NCBI GenBank assembly: GCA_030390025.1
Contig: CM059431.1
Coordinates: 155,870,001-155,934,000 of the forward strand
Direction of reading: 5' to 3'
Length of the DNA: 64,000 nucleotides
Source of the DNA: Squalus acanthias
Lineage: Eukaryota
A program made the position numbers and the translations under genes. The notes below the pieces were generated by a model, which saw only the letters and a program-made list of their open reading frames with translations, searched no databases and was not told where the DNA came from. Shown here one piece after another: positions 25,171 through 36,072 of this stretch; positions within the stretch are counted from its first letter, which is position 1, and each line of letters starts with the position of its first letter.

Positions 25171-25904
25171 TTGTGTTATAAGAGACGTGAAGTAACATCT
25201 TCGAGACAACAGAGCCATAAAAAGGTTAAAATATTGTAAAACATGAGATGGAAGAAGCAATTGGCAAATAATCGCTTAAAATGAATAGTAATATGGAGAT
25301 CAAATTAATCAGAAATTGGTGGTGCACAGAAATAATATTTATTACAAATGCTGGGCCCCCGTAGTCTGCATCTCTTCAGCAGACCTACGAGCTGATGTGG
25401 CCCTCCGGTTAACAATTACCTTTGCATCCCATGAAACTACCATTAGCTGGTGTTCAATTCTGCTCAGTCAATCTTCGCAGTGCACTTCATTCAAACTTAT
25501 CATCTAGTCACACGGGATGCAAATTTCGATACTGGGTGCTTGCAGTCTAAGAGCTTGTGACCATCTATTGTCATCAGGATGTTACCGTCAGATTGTCTCG
25601 CACCGGTGATGGAGTCTTCTAATTAATCTAGTTAACGAAATAGGTTCAAGTGTTAGGATATAGTTGCGAAGTAAGTGCTAAAAGGTAAGTGGTCTCTCAA
25701 TGTTACAGAAGTTTATATCGTTCATAAGGTCCGTGAGTGCACGACTGAAAGTAATAGGAAGAGAACAGGAAGATAAACAGTCACTACAATCGGCTGTGCC
25801 AAGCGCCTGGATTCAGCATTTCCGAGTGGCCAGCAGTGACTAGTGGGGTACCGCAGGGATCGGTCCTTGGACCCCAGCTATTTACAATATACATTAATGT
25901 ATAT

Positions 25905-27752
25905 TTTATAGATATGTGAAGAGAAAAAAATTAGTGAAATCAAGTGTAGGTCCCTTGCAGTCAGAAGCGGGGCAAGTTATAATGGGGAACAAAGAAATGG
26001 CAGCCCAATTAAATTCATATTTTGGTTCTGTCTTCACAAAGGAGGACACAAATAACCTCCCAGAGATGTTGGAGAACATACGGTCTGATGAAAGGGAGGA
26101 ACTGAAAGAAATCAGTATTTGCAGGGAAATGGTGTTAGGGAAATTGACGGTATTGAAGGCCGATATATCCCCAGTGCCAGATAATCTACATCCTAGGGTA
26201 CATAAGGAAGTGGCCCTAGAAATAGTAGATGCATTTTTGATCATCTTCCAACATTCGATGGAATCTGGAACTGTACCCATGGATTGGAGGGTAGCTAATG
26301 TTACCCCACTATTCAAAAAGGGTGGTAGAGAGAAAGCGGGGAATTACAGACCGGTAAGCCTGACATCGGTAGTGGGGTAAATGCTAGAGTCCATTATAAA
26401 GGATGTAATAGCTGAGCATTTGAAACACAGTGACAGGATCGGACAAAGTCAACATGGATTTACAAAAGGTAAATCGTGCTTGACTAATCTACTGGAATTT
26501 TTTGAGGATGTAACTGGGAAAATAGATAAGGGAGAACCAGTAGATGTGGTGTATTTGGACTTTCAAATGGCTTTCGATAAGGTCCCGCATAAGAGATTAG
26601 CGTGTAAAGTTAAGGCACATGGGATTGGGGGCAAGGTATTGACTTGGATAGAGAACTGGTTCGCGGACAGAAAGCAGAGAGTAGGAATTAATGGGTCTTT
26701 TTCCGAGTGGCAAGCAGTGACTAGAGGGGTACCGCAGGGATCGATCCTTGGACCCCAGCTATTCACAATATACATTAATGATCTAGATAAGGGAATTAAA
26801 TGTAATATCTCCAAGTTTGCAGATGACACAAAGCTGGGTGGGAGTATGTGCAGCGAGGAGGATAGCGAGAAACTCCAGGATGATCTGGACAGGTTGGGTG
26901 AGTGGGCAGAAGCGTGGCAGATGCAATATAACGTGGATAAGTGCGAGGTTATCCACTTTGGTGTCAAAAACAGAAAGGCAGACTATTATCTGAATGGCAA
27001 TAGATTGGGAGAAGGGGAAGGGCAACGAGACCTGGGTGTCCTTGTGCACCAGTCGCTGAAAGTAAGCATGCAGGTGCAGCAGGCGGTGAAGAAGCCAAAA
27101 GGATGTTGGCCTTCATAGCGAAAGGGTTTGAGTATAGGAACAGGGATGTCCTGCTGCAGTTGTACAGGGCCTTGGTGAGACCACACCTTGAGTACTGTGT
27201 GCAGTTTTGGTCGCCTTATCTGAGGAAGGATGTTCTTTCCATGGAAGGAGTTCAGCGAAGATTCACAAGGCTGATACCTGGGATGGCAGGAATGACATAT
27301 GAGGAGAGATTGGGTCGATTGGGCTTATACTCACTGGAGTATAGAAGAATGAGAGGGGATCTCATCGAAACATATAAAATTCTGACAGGTCTGGACAAAC
27401 TAGATGCAGGAAGAATGTTCCCGATGGTCGGAGAGTCCAGAACCAGGGGTCATAATCTACGGATAACGGGTAAACCATTTAGGACAGAAATGAGGAAGAA
27501 TTTATTCATTCAGAGAGTGGTGAATCTGTGGAATTCTCTACCACAGAAGGTAGTTGAGGCGAAGTCATTAAATATATTCAAGGATGAGTTAGATATATTT
27601 CTTAAAGCTAAAGGTATCAAGGGATATGGGGAGAAGGCAGGTACAGGGTACTGAGTTTAGATGATCAGCCATGATCTCATCGAATGGCGGAGCAGGCTCG
27701 AGGGGCCGAATGGCCTACTCCTGCTCCTATCTTCTATGTTTCTGTGTTTCTA
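25905..27752 (+). mobile_element. 5'-truncated CR1 with nearly intact RT region
   Basis: ORFs 25916..26380, 26381..27118 (LDFQMAFDKVPH, GVPQGSILGP, FADDTK) and 27103..27654; one stop and one frameshift; complete 3'UTR. Confidence 0.97.
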
Positions 27753-27754
27753 TC

Positions 27755-28100
27755 CGCAATCATGCATCCCGCTACACTATCACGGCTATCTGGCGGTCTA
27801 TAAACAACTTCCATCAAATACTTGAAACCTTTTCCAGTCCTCACTTCGACAATATTGTTCCTGCTGCCTTCTCACCGGTACTGATATCCCATCCTTCCAG
27901 TGCTTTAATAGTGTGCCTTGTCAATATCGGTTCTTATCGTTTTTTCGAATTATCCTGTCCTTCTTAGAGATCTCATAACCTCAGTGATCGCCGCTACGTC
28001 ATGCCCTTTCTGCTGAATTTGCAAATCTAATTCATTGATTTATTTTTCATGCGACGGGCATCAGTGTACAGAACTTTTAATTGGGCTTTACACGCTGTCC
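27755..28100 (-). mobile_element. Old CR1 endonuclease remnant
   Basis: Minus strand LYTDARRMKNKINELDLQIQQKGHDVAAITE ... VVYRPPDS. Confidence 0.7.
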
Positions 28101-28473
28101 GGGCATCATGTACTGATTTTTTAACACATGTTTTAACTTATCACACTTCCTTTTTATCTCTTCTGTTGTATTTTGATTAGATATTGTGTTTTTCTTTCCC
28201 ATTTTTCCTCAAACTGAAGTATTTATCACGATTGATGTCATGCACCTCGCTGTCATCCCTTTTTTAAATTGCAGGCATTTTAATTTTTCTTTCTGTCTTA
28301 GACTTTCCCTCCTTTTATTGATGTATATTTATTTCTGCAGCCCTATGTAACCTTTCAGCTAGGATCTTGGTTCTAATCCAGAATAATGACGCCGATCTCA
28401 TTAGTTTGCTGTTCCAGTAGTTCGATGAAATGGAACCTCACTTTCCTAGCAAATAATTTACCCACATATTAAT

Positions 28474-29229
28474 GGGCCAGGAATTCCGTTTGCAGCCCTC
28501 CCGCGGGCGGAGGCCAGCGATTCGGAAAAATCTGAGCCTGGACCTCTGGGCTTCCGAGAGGCGCAGAATTCCGTTGCTGTGCCTCTTCAATCTGCCGGTG
28601 TGCAGGGCACGCGTATCACAGGGGCGCAGCCAGTTCGCAGCGTCCCTGGGATCACGTGGGCCATGGGGAGCCAATCAGAGCAGGGAATCTCCATTCATAG
28701 ATTTGACATGGAGACCTGTCAAATCTGCGAATAGAGATCAGCCCCAAAACGTAAGTAAAACTTCAATACATTTTTTTTTAAATCACTTTTTTAAAATGAC
28801 TATAGATTCCAGAAATTAACAATTTCAAACAAAAATTTAAATTTTGAAAAAAATAATTAAAGTTTTTATCGGGGCTAAAAATAAACTTACCTTTCTTTAA
28901 AGTATTTTAAAATGATAAATCAGTAGAAATTTTTATTTTGTTACTTTCTTAAACAATTAACCCGCTAAAAGCAGGCCTTGCGCCTGCTTTTCTAGGCGCA
29001 GCTGTTCCCGACTTACCTGGACAAAAGTCAATGGGGCAAAAACCGGACATCTCTAACGTACGCGCTGCCGATCCGGCGCATGCGTTTGTTCAGTCAAGCC
29101 CTTTCTGCAGAGAACGGAAGTGCCGGTTCCCAACGCATGCGCAGTGCATGCTTTAAACCCGCACTTCCTTTGGCCTGCCGGCTGAGTTCACAGCGCGGAC
29201 ACACCCGTAGGGAACCTTATTACTCGGCC
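28474..29229. mobile_element. Non-autonomous DNA-transposon-like element (GC-rich arms, AT-rich centre)
   Basis: Collinear with 50788-51378; shares gcgtccctgggatcacgt..gccatgggga.ccaatca and aaacccg.cacttcc. Begins GGGCC. Confidence 0.7.
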
Positions 29230-29819
29230 ATTCACGTTTCTAATTTGTTTGTCCCTATGCCAATTTCACGTGCCTGGAGTAAAAATCCGGATATTATTAT
29301 CCTTAGTGTTCCTGCTTTTCAATTTAATGCCTATCTGCTGATACTAATTCAGCAGAACCTACTCCCTGTTCGTTCCTACGACATTCGCTAAACATAGACA
29401 ACGAAAACTGGATTTCCCCCTTTCCAATTTTCTTTCCAGCAACTTCGAGATATAATTAGGATAATTGGGCAGACCAAATTATGGCTAAGGCTTTAATGTC
29501 GGGAATCAAGAGTTTAAACTCTTCAAACAATGGGACACAATGGGAAACATGGGATACTGTGCGGAACCTATACGAGCTGCAGAGCGGGTCTAGCAACCAG
29601 GGTAGATAGAATGGAGAGGGATATTTTAACTGAATGTGAAGTAAGATACAATAGGTGAAAGAGAGCAACCATAGCGGTTGGAGTAAACTTTAGCATGTGC
29701 TCCTGAAAAAATAAACCATTATGATTAATAAGACTAATTCAAATGAAGGTAGAAAAACAAAGTAAAAATGTTAACAATGTATAGGGGAAAGGTGAAAGCC
29801 AATTGAGCTTTAGAACGTA

Positions 29820-30290
29820 AGAAAGACTTGCAATTAAAATGCGCCTTTCATGTCCGCAACGACGTCCCAAAGCGCTTTACAGCCAATGAATTACATTTGA
29901 AGTGTAGTCACTGCTGTACTGCAGGAAGCACGGCAGCCAATTTGCGCACAGCAAGCTTCCACATCCAGCAATGTGATAAGGACCAGATAATCTTTTTTTT
30001 GTTATTTTGACTGATGGATAAATATTGGTCAGTGCACCAGGGATAACTCACCTGCTCTTCTTTGAAATAGTGCCATGGGATCTTTTACATCCACCTGAGA
30101 GAGCCGAATGGGCCTCGGTTTAATGTCTCATTCGAAATTTTTCACCTCGAACAGTGCAACACTCCCTCAGCACTGCACTGCCGTGTTGGCATAGGTTTTG
30201 TCTCCAAGTCTCCGCAGTGGGGCTTAAACGCACAACGTTCTGCCTCGGATGCGAGACTTCTACCCACTGTGCCAATGCTGAAACATAAAC
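29820..30290 (-). mobile_element. DeuSINE/SacSINE1-like SINE, full length
   Basis: Same family as 6918-7385; conserved core 'aatagtgccatgggatcttttacatccacctgagag'. Confidence 0.85.
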
Positions 30291-30294
30291 TGGT

Positions 30295-30836
30295 AGGCAA
30301 GGCCTCTCTGACCTCTCTGACCTCTCTGAAATCTCCGTCTCGGCCTCTTACAATGTTCCAACGAAGCTCGACGTACGTTAGAGGAACTGCAGCTCATCTT
30401 TCGATTAGGCCCTTTAAAGCCTTCTGGACTCGCCATCGAGTTCAACAATTCCAGACGATAACCTCGGCCCCAATTTGTTTGCTCTCACATGCCATTGCCA
30501 TTTACATTTCATCTAGAGCCATATTTTGTTTCTTAACTTGTCGTATTGCCATCCCCTTTGGCCTTGCACCATCATTCCTTTTGTATCTTAATCTCTCCTG
30601 CCTTAATTACTATCACAGGCCTTCCATGTTGTTCTTTCCTCCCCTCCCCCCTTTCGCTGCCCCAACAATTGCTTACAAACTGTTACATATCCAACTTTTT
30701 CCAATTCTGAAGAAAGGCCGTCGACCTGAAATTATTAACTCTGCCTCTCTCTACAGATGCTGCCTGACTTGCTGAATATTTCCAGCATTTTCTCTTTTTA
30801 GTTCAGATTTCCAGCATCTGCAGTATTTTGCTTTTA
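30295..30836 (+). mobile_element. Penelope-like element 3' fragment (GIY-YIG C-terminus plus pseudo-LTR)
   Basis: Translation EARRTLEELQLIFRLGPLKPSGLAIEF, typical of a PLE C-terminus. Followed by CTGAAGA..GAAA and 'acagatgctgcctgacttgctga..tttccagca'. Confidence 0.75.
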
Positions 30837-31019
30837 AAAAAAACACTAGTTAGACCACAGATAGAGTACTGCGTACAGTTCTGTTCAACACATTACAGGA
30901 AATATGTGTTATCACGAGAGAGGGTACAGAGGAGATTTACGAGTATGTTAGCCAGGGCTGAAGAAACTTTAACTATGACGAAACATTTAATGGGCTGGAG
31001 CCATTTTATTTATTTTTTT

Positions 31020-31430
31020 AATACATTCTTTGAATGTGAGCATCCCTGGCATTTGTTACCCATCCCTAATTTCACTTAACTGAATGGTTTGCTAGGACAT
31101 TTCAGAGGGCTGTTAAGTGTCAACGATATTGCTGTGTTTCTGGAGTCACAGCAGCTCCCACATCCAGCAAAGTGATAAGGACCACATTTCGGCCAGACCG
31201 GGTAAGAACGGCAGATTCCCTTCCCTAAAGGACATTAGTGAACCAGCTGGATTTTTACAACAATCCAATAGTCCATGGTCACTATTCTTCATACTAGCTT
31301 TTTTTCATGATTTACTAAAATAACTGAATTTAAAATTACCCAGCTGCTGTGGTGGGATTTGAACTCATGTCTCCAGATCATTAGTCCAGGTCCCTGGATT
31401 CACTAGTCTAATAACATAAGCTCTATGCCC
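31020..31430 (-). mobile_element. tRNA-headed SINE (head joined directly to the LINE tail), nested in a CR1 3' fragment (30840-31830, +)
   Basis: B box GAGTTCAAATCCC. Core GGTTCACTAATGTCCTTTAGGGAAGGGAATCTGCCG. Junction ..CCATTCAGTT|AAGTGAAATTAGGGATGGG. Confidence 0.9.
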
Positions 31431-32249
31431 ACTTAATGAAACAGTGGTGTATGAGGGGAGACTGATTTGAGGTGTGTAGATTTATGAGGGGCCTAGATAT
31501 AGTGGATAGGAAGGATCAATTTTCCGTCGGAGAGAGGTCGATAACCGGGGGCATAGTTTTAAAGTAATTGGCAGAAAGATTCGAGGGGAGTTGAGGAGAT
31601 CGTTTTTCCCCCAGAGGGTAGTGGGGCTTTGGAACTCACTGCCTGAAAGGATGGCAGAGACAGTAATACTCATCGCATTTAAAAAGGCACTTGGATATGC
31701 CCTTGAAGTGTCAGAAACTGCAAGGCTATGGACCAACAACTGAAAAGTGCGATTAGGCTGAATAGCTCTGTTTCGATCGGCAAAGGACGACGGGCCGAAT
31801 GGCCTCCTAATGAGCCATATCTTTCTAAGATATTATGAAACATCTTGCGTTTCATTAGGTGTAAGACGCACGATGAAATTTCCAACACAAAGGCGGGTGA
31901 CGTTTTAGGAATTGTTGGTCATAATTTAAATTTGACATTGCAACGATTGGAGAGGTTAAAATCACAAACAAAATTATGAAATTTTAAGGAAAACAACTTT
32001 ATGCGCTGGACACGTTTTGTCAGATTTGGCTTGGCAGGTATGAACAGGCCATGTGAGGGAAGGTACTATAGTATTGATTATCGGAATAGGAAGGACCAAC
32101 GTGTAATCTAGCACAAACAAAATACAATTTATTCAGCAACAATTACATTAAAAAATGGCCAACGTTTCCTGGTGATCTAAAGGTTAGCATTCGGCGATCT
32201 CACCGCCGCAACTCGAGTTCGATAAACTATCAGGATTTTTTTTATTTGA

Positions 32250-33880
32250 CCTAATAACAGGGAGAAGTTATGAGTGTAGTGGGGTTGATGTTGTGTATAT
32301 AGACTTTGAAAAAGTACCACATAATAGACGTTCAAAAGGCGTTTGACATATGATCGCATAATAGACAACTTAGCAAAATTGAAGAACATGGGATTGAAGT
32401 AGCAGTGGCAGATGTGCTATCATGTTGCTAACCAACAAAGAGCAGAGAGTAGCGGTAAAATATTCTTTTTCAGACTGGAGGGAAGTATACAGAGGCGTGC
32501 CCTAAGAGTCGGCATAGGACCACTGCTCTTTTTGATATAAATATAGTAATGAGCTGGACTTAGGTATGAAGGGCATCACTTTACAGTTTGCAGATGACAC
32601 AAAATTCGGCAATGTCATCAAAAGAGAGAAGGATCTGAGAATAACAATGATGAATTTCGTTGGGATAAAAAGACAATAGAAAGGGGAACAGTGTAGATGA
32701 AGTAAGGGAAGTCCCAGTTGCCAGATTGGTATTTTGAAGTGCGACAAAGATATGGGGGTGACATTCGACTTTTACGGGACGCAGAAGAGGCGCAATGACA
32801 TGGAGAAAGGGAAATCGCGAGATGTGTTTAAAATAGTATTGTGAATAAGCCATTCAACCACGCTAGCCTTCACCGACATTCAATTAGTTCATGTCTGATG
32901 TGGATATCATCTCCATTTTGCTCTCCCTGGTGCCGTTTTCATAATCTTTAATACCCTTACCTAACAAACACCTGACAATCCATGTATTTACATTTGCAAT
33001 GACATTTCCAGATTTTAACAAACCTCTGCATCAAGAAGCAGTTCCTGGAATAATGCTGATCTACCTACCTATAACTTTAAGGTTCTGCCCCCATCTTCTG
33101 GACTCCTTCACCAGAGTAAATAGTTTATGTTAAGTTATAAAATCAACTTCTTTTATCATCTTACAAACCTCAGTTGGATCACCATTTACTCTTCTAAAGG
33201 CAAAGGAGAAAAAGCTAGTCCATGCAATCGGTCATCATAAATTAAACTTTTAGCCCCGGTATCAATCTGGTTAATTTGCGCTGCATTCCCTCCAAGGCCA
33301 TTATGATCTTTAGAGATGTGGTTCCCAGCACTGACCACAACAACTTAAAAAGGGTCCAGGCAGAGCTCTGTACAGCTGTAACATAACATCCAATCCTTTG
33401 TATTCCAGACCTCTTGAGACAAAGGCTAACATTCCATTAGCCTTTCAAATTATTGTTTTAATATCTGGCCACTAGCTTTAAGTTATCTCTGTATTTCAAC
33501 CCCTCAATCTCTCTGTTCATCCACAGTTCCTAGATTCTCGCAATGCAGAAAAAATTATGATCTACCTTCTTAGGTCCAAAGTGGATGACCTCACTTTTCC
33601 AAACATAACTCCATCTGACAGTTTTACACATAGAGCGCAGATTCAAGGAAGTTATGCTGCAGCTTTCTCTATCAAAGTTTGGCCTCAGGTGTAGTATTGA
33701 GTTCAATTATGGGCGCAATGCTTGAGGACTGCTGTTAAGGCCTTGAGGAGAGCGCAGAGGAGAGTCACTATAATGGTACCAGGGTTCCGGAACTTAAATT
33801 GCGTGGGGAGAATGTAGAAACTGCGATTAGATCGGAGAAGTTGAAGAGAAGATTTAATAAAACCGTTCAAAATAATGAAT
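32250..33880. mobile_element. Mosaic of old CR1 RT fragments on both strands
   Basis: + strand FADDTK at ~32588; - strand CR1 ORF2 C-terminus 32900-33620; + strand fragment 33630-33880 continuing at 35160-35490. Confidence 0.75.
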
Positions 33881-33882
33881 GA

Positions 33883-35142
33883 AACATAGACATAGAAACA
33901 TAGAAGATAGGAGCAGGAGTAGGCCATTCGGCCCCTCGAGACTGCTCCGCCATTTAATGAGATCATGGCTGATCATCCAAATTCAGTAGCTTGTCCCTGC
34001 TTTCTCCCCATATCCCTTGATCCCTTTAGCCTTAAGAAATATATCTAACTACTTCTTGAATATATTTAATGAATTGGCCTCAACTGCCTCTGTGGTAGAG
34101 AATTCCACAGGTTCACCACTCTCTGTATGAAGTAATTCCTTCTCATCTCTGTCCTAAATAGCTTACACGTTATCTTTAGACTGTGACCCCTGGTTCTGGA
34201 CTCCCCCGCCAACGGGAACATCGTTCCTGCGTCTAGTCTGTCTAGTCCTGTTAGAATTTTATAAGTTTCAATGAGATCCCCTCTCATTCTTCTAAACTCC
34301 AGCGAATATAAGCCCAATCGAACCAATCTCTCATTCATACGTCATTCCTGCCATCACAGGTATCAGTCAGGTGAATCTTCGCTGCACTCCCTCCATGGCA
34401 AGAACATCCTTCCTCAGATAAGGCGACCAAAACTGCACACAATACTCAAGGTGTGGTCTCACCAAGGCCCTGTACAACTGCAGCAAGACATCGTTGCTCC
34501 TGTACTCGAACCCTCTCGCTATGAAAGCCAACATACCATTTGCCTTCTTAACCGCCTACTTACCTGCATGCTTACCTTCAGCGACTGGTGCACAAGGACA
34601 CCCAGGTCTCATTGTACTATCCCTTCTCCCAATCTATTGCCATTCAGACAATAATCTGCCTTCCTATTTTTGCCACCAAAGTGGATAAACTCGCATTTAT
34701 CCACATTACACTGCATCTTCCATGCATGTGCTCAATCAACCAAACTGACCAAATCATACTGGAGTTTCTCGGCATCCTTCTCACAGCACACACGCTCACC
34801 CAGCTTTGTGTTGTCTGCAAACTTGGAGATATTACATCTCGTTTCCTCGTCTAGATCATTAATATTTATTGTGAATAGCTGATGTCCTAGGACCGATCCC
34901 TGCGGTACTCCACTAGTCAATCCTGCCACTCGGAAAAAGACCCGTTTATTCCAGCTATTTGCTTACTGTCTGCCAACCAGTTCTCTATCCAAGTCAGTAC
35001 CTTACTCCCAATCCCATGTGCTTTAAATTTACAAGCAAATCTCTTATGCGGGACCTGATCGAAAGACTTCTGGAAGTCCAAATACACCACATCCACTGCT
35101 TCTCTCTTATCTATTCTACCAGTTACATCCTCAAAAAATTCT
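33883..35142 (-). mobile_element. 5'-truncated CR1, same subfamily as 25905-27752, in inverted orientation
   Basis: EFFEDVTGRIDK, GVPQGSVLG, FADNTK and LYSLEFRRMRGDLIETYK; tail (gaaacata)n on the + strand. Confidence 0.95.
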
Positions 35143-36072
35143 TTCTTTTTGAAACAATAATTTAGTAGAATCTGTTTCAACTGGCAGCAGGGTCTGTAAC
35201 CAAAGGAAACACATGTAATGTAGTTGGCAACAGAGCCAGCAGTGAGATGAGGAGATTTATTTTAGGCATTGAAATATTCTGATCTGGCATGTAGTGTCTC
35301 AAAGGGTGGTGGAAGAAGATTTAATAGCTACTTTTATAAGGGTATCGGATAAAAACTTGAAGGAGAGAATATTTCAGGGCTATAAGGAAAGTGCTGAAGA
35401 TTGGGACTAAATGGAATGTTCTTTCAAACAACCGACACTGGCACGATGAGTCAAATGGCCTCCTTATGTATGATTCTATGATATCGAACTCTAATGCATT
35501 ATTCATAAGCCTGTTATAAACGACAAACAGACTTGAAAACTATTTACAGCAACAGATATTTAGCATGTGGGATTGCTTTTAGAAGTTTTATTCTGGTAAA
35601 TTACTCAACTGTCAGTAAGTTATTTTCTGGAAAATAAATCTTTTATTACCTGATCCATTATTGTTAGGTCAACGGATTTTGCGGTCAGAATAACAGTGAG
35701 ACTATCAGCGCTCTCCATTATTATGAATTACTTCGGATGCCAAGCTCCAGAGTCTGCTCATGCGCAGTTAAATGACAACACAAGCTTCGCTACACCGGTA
35801 TCTCGCTGATTGATTCGATATTAAAACACATAAATGGTATTTACCCACCAGTTACCCTGTAATCACGCCAGAAAATTGGCCTTTTTCATTAATGTGCAAG
35901 TGATTTTTTTAACAGAGTAGTAAGTCTTAATTGCTACCAATCAATATCTCGGGCACAAAAGGGTGATGTCGCCTTCCTTCAGATTTTAATTATAGTTGTT
36001 GATTTATAAAAAAAGGAAGTTAATATGTTTTCTGTTTCTTTCATCTATTTCTTGTAATCCGAACTTTATTTC

